A stretch of DNA of 63,817 nucleotides, the filler included, from Stramenopiles sp. TOSAG23-3 (Eukaryota), in assembly GCA_900128585.1 (NCBI GenBank). It is 10 parts of 10 records of this genome, joined end to end, with 100 filler letters (N's around TTAATTAATTAA, not from the genome) between each part and the next. Parts side by side here need not be neighbours in the genome. Positions count along the whole stretch, not along the records: positions 44,801 to 51,078 come from LT643348.1; positions 51,179 to 57,451 come from LT643349.1; 8 more parts are not named here. One strand, 5' to 3'. Under the pieces are notes generated by a model, which saw nothing but the letters and a program-made list of their open reading frames with translations, did not search any database and was not told the DNA's origin. Made by a program: the position numbers and the translations under genes. Below, one piece after another: positions 45,005-57,551 of the stretch (the first letter of the stretch is position 1; the number at the start of each line of letters is the position of its first letter).

Positions 45005-45817
45005 ATGGGTCGTCGGAATAAGAGGAAGAGAGACACGCAAGCCTGTCACGAGTTCAAACGGGCAGGCGTGTGCAAATATGGGGACAACTGTCAATATTCT
45101 CACGACACTGCAGTGTTAGAATCTTCGGATTCAGATGGTGCGTACAAGAGAGAGCTTCCGGTGACGGGGTCGATCATTCGCAGGAGTTTTTGGCAGTTTC
45201 TGGCCGTCAACGGGGGGACAAAGGGGGAAACGGTCGTGGCGGAGACGGCGCCGTGCGTGGACCAGTACGTGCACATGCATCCCAACGAAATCGCGATCGT
45301 TGGCTTAGCAGAGACGCACGACCTCATCCGAAATGCCGGCAGTCGGGAGATAGATAGTATTCTGTTCGAAGTCAAAGGCCAAAACTTGGCGAACATGAGC
45401 GTTAGCGGGAAGAAGAAGCGCGGGGCTGTGAAGTGCAAAGCGTCCACAACGATCTGCGAAATAAAGTGCAAGGACGGTACGGTTTACCAGATCAAAGCCT
45501 GCGTTGAGGCTTCGCTGATTCAGATCAACCCACGGCTTTTAGCAGAACCGGAGCTTGTCCTGAAGTACCCCCTCACCCTCGGGTTTCTTGCCATTTTTCA
45601 ATCGAAGCGAAAGGGGTTGGTGCACTCCCTTAAAGGCAGCCTGTGGAGCATGGAGGAGTTTGCAAAACTTCGCAAGATTCAAGTGTACAATGAGTGCCCA
45701 ACCAAGAGCGCAGCGACGACGAAGGACCTTTTTCAACAAAACCGCTTTCTTCCCATAGGCGTGGAAGAGAAGAATGAGCAAAGAGAGAAGGCAGGGGAAT
45801 GGACAGTTGGGTTGTAG
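45005..45817 (+). CDS. ABITRAM: CCCH zinc finger fused to ABITRAM/FAM206A (Simiate; GCV-H-like fold) domain
   Basis: CHEFKRAGVCKYGDNCQYSH; DQYVHMHPNEIAIVGLAETH, VSGKKKRGA, LIQINPRL...GFLAI. Confidence 0.8.
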   Translation: MGRRNKRKRDTQACHEFKRAGVCKYGDNCQYSHDTAVLESSDSDGAYKRELPVTGSIIRRSFWQFLAVNGGTKGETVVAETAPCVDQYVHMHPNEIAIVGLAETHDLIRNAGSREIDSILFEVKGQNLANMSVSGKKKRGAVKCKASTTICEIKCKDGTVYQIKACVEASLIQINPRLLAEPELVLKYPLTLGFLAIFQSKRKGLVHSLKGSLWSMEEFAKLRKIQVYNECPTKSAATTKDLFQQNRFLPIGVEEKNEQREKAGEWTVGL

Positions 45818-46609
45818 CCATCCTGGACGTTGTGTGTAGATACGGAAGAATACGGAAGAATGTATTTTCGTGCTTGAAAAATCGGCGGATCATAGATCGT
45901 AACTTAGGAATGCATTATAATTTATGCTATGGACCATGTAAGGGAAATGAGCAACAGAACCAGGCAATCAAAACACACATCTAGCCGCTGTTTGAATTTT
46001 GGTGATAACGCGGAGACTGATTCTCCAAGTAACTCTGATGGGTTTGAAGAAGTGATTTACTCGCAGGGGTCTCCAAAACGTGGAGAAGCGTTCAGGGACT
46101 TTCATTGGGAGAAGAAGGATCGATTTGTTTACTACAGATCACCTCTACAAAAGTTCATTGGAATATAACACTTGCCAAACAACGAAAAAGACAAAAAAAA
46201 ACATTTTTTTTACTTGGAAAACAATTTTAGATTTCGAAGAATCAATGATTGATATAAAGTGAGAGTCTTAAAGCATACTAATATGTTTTTTTAAAAGGGA
46301 AATGAGAATCTAGAAAACAGAAAACACGCGCGCGTGAATATATGACAGTGATTGACAACTAACGAAATTAAAAAAAATCCATTTTAGGATTAGGGTTGGA
46401 ACTGAAATCGTAATGTATGCTAACTTTGTAATTCGCACAAAGGAAAGGTTTTCAAAAATGGTCTTACATGATACAAAATCAAGAGAGGGAAGAGGGGTAT
46501 ATTTTTTTTCTGTGTGTATATACGATCTTTATTTTTTTAAAGAGTGTACACCTTCATATCTTCCCATTGCCGCCCCATTGCTCACGGGGCCGTGGCACCA
46601 GGGCAGATT

Positions 46610-47830
46610 CTACTTCCATAGTTTCTTCAGACTCGTGTTTGCTTCGCTGTCTTTTTTCATCACTTTCGCCCGGGCCATCTCAAAATCCTCCTGGGTGACA
46701 TGGATCCGTCGCTCTCTGAGGGCAAACATTCCCGCTTCTGTGCACACAGCCTTGCACTCTGCCCCGTTCGTGTTGGACATTTTCTCCGCGATGCTTTTAA
46801 GGTCAATTCCCCGCATAAGGTTCATTTTTCGGGAATGGATTTTCAAAATGCTCTCCCGACTCTTCTCGTTCGGGTGCGGGAACTCGATCTTTCGATCGAT
46901 CCGCCCGGGGCGCAAAAGTGCACTATCCAAAATATCGATTCGGTTGGTGGCCATAATAACTTTAATGTTTTGTTTTGGTTCAAAACCGTCCAGCTGATTG
47001 AGCAGCTCGAGCATCGTGCGCTGCACCTCGGAGTCCCCCCCTTTTCCTTTGCCGTCGCGCTGGCTCCCGATGCTATCAATCTCGTCCATAAAAATGATTG
47101 ATGGGGCGGCCTCGCGAGCCATGACGAACAGCTCACGGACCATCCTCGCACCTTCCCCAATGTATTTCTGCACGAGCTCGGCGCCGCTGACGCGAATGAA
47201 GGTACAGTCGGTGTGGTGGGCACACGCGCGGGCGAGGAGAGTTTTTCCGGTCCCTGGCGGGCCGTAAAGCAGGACCCCTTTCGGCTGGGACACCCCTAAG
47301 CTCTCGAACAGTTCTGGGTGCTTCACCGGAAGCTCGATGACCTCTTTGATCTCGCGGATTTGCTTCTCTAAACCACCGCAAAGGTCGTACGTGGAGTCTG
47401 GCACTTTCTCTACCTTCATCAACGACACCAAGGGGTCGACCTTGGTCGGCAAAATTTTGAACAATGTGTACTTGTCGTTTTTCAGCGCCACGCGGGTGTT
47501 CGGGGTGCACTTGGCGATGTCGATGTCTTTGTCCACATCCACGACGTACTTTCCATCCTGGCCCATTTTCACAAGCACCTTGGTCTTCCCCATCACTTTG
47601 ATCACTTCACCAATGTAGGCGCCTGCTTCGTGGAGCAAGTTTACTTCCTCGCGCAGGCCCCGAACGCGCGTGTTAAGCTCATTGCGCTGGGCTTGCAGGC
47701 GAGCCAAGTCCCGTTCCTTTTCCTGCACAGCGACCTCCGCCTGGGATATTTTTGCTAAGTAGTACGAACGGATTCCGTCGTTGTTGCTAGCCATGCCTGG
47801 TGCGGCTGCGTTGGCTACGATTCCTGCCAT
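46610..47830 (-). CDS. PSMC5: 26S proteasome AAA-ATPase regulatory subunit 8 (Rpt6)
   Basis: [41 protein letters not shown]-terminal KKLWK. Confidence 0.97.
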   Translation of the reverse strand: MAGIVANAAAPGMASNNDGIRSYYLAKISQAEVAVQEKERDLARLQAQRNELNTRVRGLREEVNLLHEAGAYIGEVIKVMGKTKVLVKMGQDGKYVVDVDKDIDIAKCTPNTRVALKNDKYTLFKILPTKVDPLVSLMKVEKVPDSTYDLCGGLEKQIREIKEVIELPVKHPELFESLGVSQPKGVLLYGPPGTGKTLLARACAHHTDCTFIRVSGAELVQKYIGEGARMVRELFVMAREAAPSIIFMDEIDSIGSQRDGKGKGGDSEVQRTMLELLNQLDGFEPKQNIKVIMATNRIDILDSALLRPGRIDRKIEFPHPNEKSRESILKIHSRKMNLMRGIDLKSIAEKMSNTNGAECKAVCTEAGMFALRERRIHVTQEDFEMARAKVMKKDSEANTSLKKLWK

Positions 47831-49142
47831 GCTAAAAGTAGTTGTTGATAGACGGGGTTTGAATATACGTTTCGTTCGAGGTGTATTTCAGTAATTGTTG
47901 TCTGTGCTTATGGAAACGACAGTCTTTTAATATTTGGCTGCACTGCTCTTACACGATAATTTAAATAATTGTAATACCGTATGACGAATGTTTCTTTTCT
48001 TCTATTTTTTTTTGATTTCTTCATTTTTTTAATAATTATTTTTTTTGATTGTTGATTTCTTTCTTCTCTCTTTTTCTACTTCATCATCATCTTCAATCCT
48101 AAGCAGACATCATCATCATCATCTAATCAACAGGCAACAACAACAAAAAAAGAAGGAAAAAAAGAAGAAAAAAAAGAAGAAGAAGAAATGAATTTTATAA
48201 ATTATTATAGTATAAATAAGAAGAAGTATATAGTAGCTACTGTAGTAATATGATTTAAATACATCAACATAGTACAGACGATAATTCATGTGACTTCGTA
48301 CTGTAAATACATACATAGCTATAGTGAGTGATATTGTTCCTACTATTATTATTTGTTGATTTTGATTGATTGATAAACTATGGCTGTAATTTTAAAGAAT
48401 ATAGACGACTAGAAGGAACACAGCGTTCATTTAGAACACAAATAGGGGACTACGAGTATAAACATCAAGTACAATTATTAAAAGAAAAGAAGAAGAATTT
48501 GAAATTTAAAAAAAAAATAGATTAGATTTATAGATACAGGCATACAGCATAGTACAAAAATACAAATGAAATTATTCATCCCGGTATATTGGATATGAAG
48601 AAATTGGCTGTGCTGTGCGTGTTCAAATATACTTAATATACTATTTATGTATAGTAAATAATAAATAAATAGGAATTGTTTCAATAGGAACGTATTCTCT
48701 TTCGATGCCGTTAGAATATGGAATACTATTTAATCAACAGAATGGAAGAGAATGGATGAATGAATATAGTATACTATATTAATATACTTTATTATTTATT
48801 TTCCTATATGATTATATATATAAATCATTGGGTACATTTTGTTTCCTTCAACCGAGTCAGTAAGAACCCACCCAGATGTGTTCCTAGATTATGTATTGAA
48901 TACATAATCTACCTATGAAAAAGTATACAAATATTGATTGAGTGAACGATCATTTGAGAAAGGCCAGCTATATAATAAACTATTAGACTACGCCACTCTC
49001 TCTTCTTTTAATTAATACTAAATACTGTTCCTATTGTAATAGTTATATAATGCCCATCGGTATCCAAGACTATTATATACTAGTACATAAAATAACATAT
49101 ATCCTATCAAGTAATTTAACTTCATCTGATGAGCAAGAGAAA

Positions 49143-49367
49143 AGAAGACAACAGAAGACAACAGAAGAGAAGAGAAGACAACAGAAGAGAAGAGAAGACA
49201 ACAGAAGAGAAGAGAAGAGAAGAGAAGAGAAGAGAAGAGAAGACAACAGAAGACAACAGAAGACAACAGAAGAGAAGATAACAGAAGAGAAGACAACAGA
49301 AGACAACAGAAGAGAAGATAACAGAAGAGAAGACAACAGAAGACAACAAAAGACAACAGAAGAGAAG
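49143..49367. repeat. Compound pentamer array of AGAAG/ACAAC/ATAAC units (about 45 units)
   Basis: Strict 5-nt period with alternating unit types. Confidence 0.9.
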
Positions 49368-49769
49368 AGAGACTCAACTCAGTACAAAACAAAGCAAAGC
49401 CAAAACTCATCAACACCCACCATCATGTCAAAAAAATAATAATAATAATATATATAAGAAGAAAAAAGAAATTGATTAGTTAGTTAGCTTAACTAAAAAT
49501 AAACGATCCAACTACTGTACGTGATTTTTTTAACTTTTCTTCGTGACTTCACATGACCGAATTGAATGATAAGCCAGACGTTAGTTTATTTAACTGCGTT
49601 TTTCGTAGTGAACCATTTTTTTCTCTTTCTTTCGTCCACGAGTCGTTACGAAGGCCGCACCACACGCACTCGCGCCTCACCCAAAACTGCAACTGGTACA
49701 CCCCTTCGTTCATAGGAAACCCGTCCGTTCGCGTCGTGACTGGCACTCGTTCGCTTCCCCGTGAGTGAG

Positions 49770-51078
49770 ATGCAAAACCCTGAGATCGCTGGTGCAACGG
49801 TGGAAAAGCAAGCGCCGAGCGTCCTGGAACCGGAGGGTGCCGTGGGCAACCCCGGGGCGCCCGCGGAAGAGGCCACCCCTGCCGTCGCGGCCCAACCCTC
49901 CGTCGCGGTGGCGGCGCAACCGTTGGCCAGGAAGCCATCTACGGACGCAGCCCAGTCGCCCGTGAGCGGCGTTGCTACCGGCAGCGACGGCGAGGGGGGC
50001 GCAAGCCCGGTGATCCCGGTCGTCAGGCCGACGACCCCCGTCCCAGCCGGCAGCGGGCCGGATGCCCCGTCGGAGCAGCAGCAAAACAATAGTAATAGTA
50101 GTGAGACCTCGTCGATCCCGTCCACGTCTCCGGGATCCACCGGGGCCGCCGCGGACGACCTGCCGGTGAGTAGCGAAGAGAGCGTCGTCCAGCAGCAGCA
50201 GCAGCATTCTCAACATTCTGTAAAAAAAGAGATCCAGCTGAAGGACCTGTTCCCTGGTGACGCGCACTCCCCGTCGGGCATAACGGTCTTCGAAGAGGCG
50301 CGAACAGAGAACCCGAGGCTGTTCGAGCACTTGGTGGACCAGGCGACCGGCCGGTCGGCCCTGCACTTTGCGACGCTCCGAAAGGACATCACCCTGGTCA
50401 AATGGTTGGTGGAGGAGGCCCACGCACACGTCAACGCAATAGACCACGAGAACCAGAGCGTGGCCCATTATGCGGCGTTCTACGGGTGCCTGGACATATT
50501 AGAATTTTTGAAAGAATGCCACGCGTCGATGGACGTCGTCGACAAGATTGGGCGCACGCTAGTCACCCACGCCGCGATGAGAGGGCAATGCAGGGTGCTG
50601 ATGCGCCTGGTTGAAGACTGGAAAATGGACATAAACAGTTTAGATTACTTTGGCGCGAGCGCGCTGCACTGGGCGGCCGCGAGAGGGTGTGTGCTGTCGT
50701 CGAAGTACTTGGTCCAAATGGGCATCAACGTCCACATAGCCGTGAAAGGGAAGCTTGCCCACGAGTTCGCTTACGGAAACGTGAAGCGGAAGGAGGAAGG
50801 GCTCAGGATCTACAAGTTTTTGGATACGTACATTAGCCGCGGTAACGAATTTTTGAAAATGCTCCAATACCCGGACGTCACGGTAGGTGGCGTGGAGTCG
50901 AAAATAGCCTCTTGGAACAAGTGCTTCAAGGACGAATGGAAGCAACCAATAGACATTAAGTACTACCGGGACCAGATAGGACGGACCGGGTTGCACCACG
51001 CCGCGGGCAAGTCCCCGTTGCCCGTCCTGCAGCATTTGGTGGAGTCGTGTGGCTTCTCGATAACGGCGGAGGACTACC
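49770..51078 (+). CDS. Ankyrin-repeat protein with disordered N-terminus, 3' truncated
   Basis: GRSALHFAT, SVAHYAAFYG, GASALHWAAARG, GRTGLHHAAG. Confidence 0.88.
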
Positions 51079-51178
51079 NNNNNNNNNNNNNNNNNNNNNN
51101 NNNNNNNNNNNNNNNNNNNNNNTTAATTAATTAANNNNNNNNNNNNNNNNNNNNNNNNNNNNNNNNNNNNNNNNNNNN

Positions 51179-54100
51179 CTGGCCATTGTCGTCCGACCCG
51201 GGAGTGCTGTCGCAACTTAAAAGCATCCTCAAGGCAGTGAAAGAAGCGAAGGTCTTTAGACTGCGAAAAGAATTAGATGTAATTATTAGTGAATCGAAGG
51301 GAGATAACGGAGGGGCTAAAAACCTTAGGACAAGGCAACAAGTAGAGGAGGACATCGAAGAATGGCAGACACTGCTCGACGATGGTTTGACCATCGAAGA
51401 TTTGAGGCGGGTCGCCCTGGTGTTCGAGCACAAGTCGAAACCGAAAGCGGGCGACACTGAGGATGAGCCAGCCGATTATTTCGATCTATTTTTGAGCAGT
51501 AACAAGTCCTCCACCGGTGGAAAAGTTATGGACGTAGAACATAAGTACGTATCCTTCGTCGTTCCACGAGACGTGAAAGACGAAGCGGGCAAAGACAAGA
51601 AGGCAATTACAGACACAGAGCCTGTCGCAGAGGTGGCGAGCGCGAAAGCGTTGAAATTATGCGGCGCCCCCTACTTAAGGGCAGGGGAAAGCGCGACCTC
51701 AAGTGAAACCAGCGACCCCTTGAATTTACAGAAAACTCACGAACTTGCGAAAACTGCCCTTGAAGCCCTCGGCTCAGTGGCAGGCCAAGTGCAGCGTGAC
51801 GTGGATGTCACGGAAGCCTTCAAAAAGTTTCCCATCACTCGAACGAACAACAGCATGATTGTTCGGGTGTCAGACTTCGTAGACACGCTGCTGTCCAAAA
51901 TGAAGGCCCTGAAAACCCACGACCCACCGGCCAAGAAGGCAAATACAGGCACAGAATCTGGCGAAGATGAGAAAAAGGAAGATGAGAAAAAAGGTGAAGA
52001 AAAAAACACGGAAAACAATGATCAGGGGGATTCGAATATTGCGGATCAGGAGGTTTCGAAAATTACGGATCAGTCGGAGGCTAAAGCTGTTTGGTACATT
52101 GACAGCGAAGACGAAAAAAAAAGAATCCCAGCCTTTATCAAGCTGCGCATGCTGTTAGATAATCTGGGAATTAAAAACGAAGTAGCCTGCTCGGATCTCT
52201 CGGTCCTGATGAAGGGGGACGCCGTCGAGCACATCGAGCGAAAATTAAGGTATCTGCTTCGGCGAAAAGCGAATACGGCGGACGGGGTGACTTTTTGGAT
52301 GGTCACGATCGCGGTGGACACTCAAAGGGAGAAAATCATCGCGATCGCAAGGGACCCGGAAGCGCAAATGGAGCTGCACCTTTCTATCGCAGAAGACACA
52401 AATTATTTAAATGTGCCGGCGGGACTGTTGCCACGGAAGGGGTCAAAGGGAAAGGCCCCTTTGTCGCCGACTCGGCTGTTCAATTCCGAACAAAGAGGGA
52501 AAGCAAAAGAATATGCTATCCAAGGAGAGGGTGTCTTTGCAATGAAGAATTTCATGAATGTGTTGGATTTTGAGTACAAAAAAGCCGTGAAAAGCCTGAA
52601 GGAAAAATTCGACACGGACAAACTGTACCCCGTGTTTGTTTCCGCGCTGCAACCCATTGAAGAACGGGCATGCCGTAATTTGGCTCAAAGGCTGATGATC
52701 ACCCGAGACCCAGCGACCGGAAAGCTGAAACTGATCATGGGAGAATCCCCCGCCTTCGTCGAAGCGTTGCAAGACGCATTTGCCGAGAACTCCTTCGACT
52801 TTTTCATCAACGTTACGCCGACAGCCCTGACCTTTCGGGTAGAGCACGAACCCAAGGCAAAAGGGAAGAAGCTTGACATGATGTTCGCGAAAAAATTTCA
52901 AGACATCAAGGTTCCCGCGTCAGAAGCCCCGTCGCGTGCTGTGGAAAGGCGCAAAGCAGTTCTCGGGTCTATTCGCAACGCCAAACGATTGCGCGCTTAT
53001 CTCAGTGGCACGTCGTCAGTTCTGAAAGTCGTGTTTCAGTCTTCCGATGGGAACACAAGCGAAACAATGCCGTGGAAGACTTTCATCTCGCACTTGGAAA
53101 ACATGCGGAACCCGTACGTTTGCCTCGAAATGCTACCGAAACACGCCATGTCCGAGGACGAGGCCGCTAAATCAAAATTTACGAATTTTTTTCAGCGAAC
53201 CAAAGCGGACAAGGACGGGGGGGCGCAGCCATGGTTTGATACCCCCTTTGAAGTGCCGTACCGACCGTCCTCCAACGCACTCCCAATTAAGCACACGGAC
53301 GTCATGCACCTTGGTTTCGATCGTGCAAAGATGATCTGGAAAGACACCCAACCCACACGAACGCTCCAAGCCAGCGAAATCAAGGAGAAGGATTTGTACG
53401 AATTGATCGCCACGACGATATTAGTAAAAACCTACAATTTTCGTTGGTTGCAGAAGAAGCATCGGGACCTTAACCTGAAGTCGAAACGAAAACTGTACGA
53501 TAGCGTATGTTCTGCGCCAGGGCGAGGGCAGGCGTCTTTTGATGACTGGGCAGCCCACAACCTTCTTGAGATGGTGGACAAAAAAACCGGAGAAAGGAAG
53601 CTCTACAAGTGTGTCAATAAATTAAACCCTGCTGCCGAAATTCTGCTTATGGAGCAGCTTAAAATTTTTGGGCTTAAATTAAAAATTGATGCCAACGATG
53701 AAGCCGAAGATCCGCTTCCGGAGAAGCTTAAAGAGAAGCTTAAAAATGTTGACGTAGACTACGAGAACGACGACGACGTGAAGGCGTGGTCTAAGAAAAT
53801 AGTAGAAGGCTTTAAGGTTGGAAGAATACTGACGGCGAAACCACAAGCACTCGCATGGATAAAGAACGACGTGGTGGTGACGGATGAGAAGGATGAGAAG
53901 GATGAGAAGTACGAATTGTACATTGAAGAAATCTCCACAACTGAAAATCCGTTCTTCCTTAAGTTGGACAGTCTTTGCCATTTTGATTACGAGCCGTATA
54001 AATTCATTGCAGGCGAAAAGAAAGTTCGTAGTGGCCACGAAGAAGTAGTGATGAGAGATCCTCGATACGTAGTCGTTTCGGTCCGACGGGATCCTAAGAG

Positions 54101-56312
54101 CGGGTTTCTTTGTGCAACAGCGTATGATTCGAGGACTGCAAACGAGTACGAAGTCGAGGGCCCGGCAGGTTGGAATTTGAATTGGGAATGGACATTGAAG
54201 AATGGGAAGCCCCCCTTCCTAACCGGCCGAACACACTTTCCAGGGCCACAAGAATACGATGAAACAGTAGGAAAAATGTCAAGGAAAGAGAACTCTGGTA
54301 AGAAGAAGTTAAGTGAATACTCGAAGGCAGATGGTGAATTCAAGCTCGCCGAATTCCAGCTGGGCGAGCTGGGCGCCGAATTCCAGCTGGGCGCTTTCAA
54401 ATTCAAGGTCCCAGAAATCGCCGAGAACGCTGACATAAAAATTGGAAAGGCGTACCGGAGCGAGTACGATGAGATAAACTGGCAAAAGTTCGCGTTCGGC
54501 AGTACCAACGTAACGGATAACATGGGATCCGGTAACCATGAGGGGAAGGAAAAGGAGGGGGAGCCCAGCATGCCAACGTATAATAAAGATTTAACGGTCG
54601 GGGAAGGCGAAAACTCTCTGAAGTTTGTTGACAAAATCGACAACGAACGTTGGGAATGGTTAAAGCGACACGTGCTGCGCCTGGGAAAATGCATCACCCC
54701 TCGGTTAGTGCTCACGGCATACACTACCCCATTGTCGAATATGAAAGGCGCAGGGGGTGACCAATACATTGGCAATTGTGACATTCCAATATCCCTTATT
54801 TCCAGCTTGGGCCACGACGTGGGCGAGAGATGGTTCAAGATATTCACCTACCAAGAGCTCGACGAAGGCAAGAAACCACGAAAGGTCGGAGAAGTCCGCC
54901 TGAAGTACAGCTTTCATTCAAAAGAACGGGGAGAAGGCTCGCCGACGTGGGCATCGAAGCCCAAGGAGGATGCAGTAGCGCCCAAGAGGGATGCAGCAGA
55001 CAATGGTCCCAAAGAAAAAACTGTTTCCATAACAAAGTACAAGGAACTAGAGAAGGAAGTTAAAAATTTAAAACTAAACCGCAGTAGGATCAAAAAATCG
55101 GAAAGCGGAAGCAAAGGCGATGGCGGTCTCAACGAGCTCCAAGAACAAAAAATGAGGGAAATGAGGGAGAAAGCCGAAACAGACATTAAGAAGGCCGAAA
55201 CAGCAACCAATGAGGCGCAAGAAAAGGTGAAGTTGTTAGAAAATTCGATAAAGGAGTATAAAAAATTGGAAACGGAACGGAATTCCTTAAAAAAACAGCT
55301 CAAGGATGCACAACAAAAAGCAAAGAACCCCCCGGCGACCACCACTACGAAAGCACCTGCGAAACAAGGCACTTCCACAGACGACGAGGCAGTTCGGGAG
55401 TTGAAAGAACGGCTGGCTGAAATGAAGTCAAAACAAAGAGAGGCGGAGGAAAAGCAGAAGGAAGCCGAACGACGGGCGGAGAAACACCGTCTAGAAGCTG
55501 AAGCAGCGAAGAAGAAAATGGAAGAGCAGCAAGCCGAAGCAGCGAAAATGGAGCAACAGCGGCAGCAGCAGTATACCAACGGCCACTTGGCGCAATCGCC
55601 TTCTGTGAACACACCATCTCGAACCGCCCATCGGCCAATGTCTGCCATGGCAGCCACACGATCGCCTGTCCGGGCAAGCGTGAAGCAAGTGTCCAGAAAG
55701 CGGGATAAGAAAAAACTCGAAAAGAAGCGCTTGATGGCAGAGCAACAAATGAGGGATTCAATGAATTCCGACGAAGAATGGTATCAGTACAAGAAGCATA
55801 TCAACCAGGCCTTGCGCATGATAGGAAAGCAGTTGATTATTCGAAATCCGTCGGACAGAGAGCGACCTTTACGGAACATGCAGAAGCTGTTTGAACTGCA
55901 CGCCAACGGGAACGGGCTGCTAGACTACCCGGAGTTCAGGGATTGTTTGAAGGATTACAATGTAAATCTCGAAGAGCGACAGATCCAAATGATCATGCTG
56001 CATTTTGATTACGAACAGGATAAGCAGTTGGATATCGACGAGATCATGTCTGCAATGCGAGAATCGTTGAAGGCGGTGTCTGCATGGGGAGAGAAAAAAG
56101 GGAATGGTGCCAGCGGCGGCGGCATCGAAGACGACGACGAGGGGAAAGGCCCGCTGCCAGAACATATTACGAGGGCAAAAGCTGCGAATGGGCGCTGGTA
56201 CTTTCGAAACGCCCTAACGAAAACAACGTCTTGGGACGATCCTAGGCTGTCTGGGGGAGTGACAGTCGCGGGAAGTGGCGCAAATGCAGTAAGGGATATG
56301 CGTGGACGCTAG
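51179..56312 (+). CDS. Giant protein (at least 1700 aa, 5' truncated): interrupted C2 domain, coiled coil, EF-hand pair, C-terminal WW domain
   Basis: NPYVCLEML...QRTKADKDGGAQPWFD; DQYIGNCDIPI...GEVRLKYSF; ANGNGLLDYPEF; GRWYFRNALTKTTSWDDPR. Confidence 0.85.
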
Positions 56313-56829
56313 AAGCAGCGTGAGAAGCACGTTTGCAGCCGCAATGAAAACAATCTGATGTGGGAGCGTCGTCTTCGTCGCACACACTTTTTGTAAATTA
56401 AACCACCAGGAAAAAAAATAAATTTTATAAAATAGTGTAAAAAACAAATTATAATTAGAAAAAAAAAAAATTATGCTTCTTTAAAACTCTCATTTTTTAA
56501 TCAATATATTTTACATATGTTATTACAAGAAAAATTTGGCTGTCATATGTTATTTCAATTTACGATTTCAGTTCCAACCCTAGTCCTGTCTTGTCTGTTT
56601 TAATTTTGATTTTTTTAATTTCGTTTTTCGTTGATATTGTCAATCACTGAGGAATTATTTTTAATATAATTCTAACAGCCAATTTTCTTGTGTTTTATAA
56701 TTCCAATGAGAAGAATTATATAATGATAGTAAAATATGCACATATTAAAAAAAAAAACAATTTAAGAAATTTACACTCATGAAAGGATTTAAAAAAAAAA
56801 CAAAAGATATAATTCAATTCAGTTTTACA

Positions 56830-57190
56830 CTCTAACCAGGTTTCCCCCCCCGATTGTCGTGCTAGACGAGATAGAACTTTTCCAACTGCTCTTAGGTTAT
56901 TTTCCGCTTGCTCGTTTATCAGACTTGTACAATTGTTGTGTGTATGTAACTGGTATTCGCCCGCCTGTTGTCTCTGTAGCACTCCTAAATACCAATGGGT
57001 TGACTTCACATTAATAGGGATCAAGATCTTGTTGAATATTTTTTTACTGGACCACTGTTGTATTCTTTTCTTAATAATTCTCAAGATCCTGTCAGTCGGA
57101 AGGTGGGACAACAATACGTCTGCCAAATATAAATCTAGTCCAATGGTTAGATTGAGCGACTTTATTGCCAGCTGAATAGCGCCCCCTGCT
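56830..57190 (-). pseudogene. Ulp1/SENP (peptidase C48)-like fragment, probably a transposon relic
   Basis: KILIPINVKSTHWYLGVL motif; no ATG start and no Q..DCG catalytic Cys segment; flanked by dispersed repeat motifs. Confidence 0.6.
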
Positions 57191-57551
57191 CGATATAATA
57201 ATAAATATGCCGAAAAAATGATGATAAATAAAAATATATAATAGCTGCTAACGCGGTTGGGCGGGGATATGTTAATGCTTCATATGGCTTTCGTAGTGGT
57301 ATACTCACAATAAACGCGAGAGTCTGAACACATACTAAATTAAAATAGTTAATATGATAGATATATTATATATTTACTTGCCAGTTGGAATCTTGACCAG
57401 AACTTGGGAGAGACATACGAATATGTCCTGGAAATCGCTGACCGGCCTAGCNNNNNNNNNNNNNNNNNNNNNNNNNNNNNNNNNNNNNNNNNNNNTTAAT
57501 TAATTAANNNNNNNNNNNNNNNNNNNNNNNNNNNNNNNNNNNNNNNNNNNN

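Noticed and set aside
54346..54394. Local duplication encoding AEFQLGELGAEFQLG
   Set aside because: Small in-frame tandem duplication with no evidence of function
6318..57551. Regularly spaced TTAATTAATTAA within N runs, looking like a periodic array
   Set aside because: Artificial six-frame-stop linkers between size-sorted contigs
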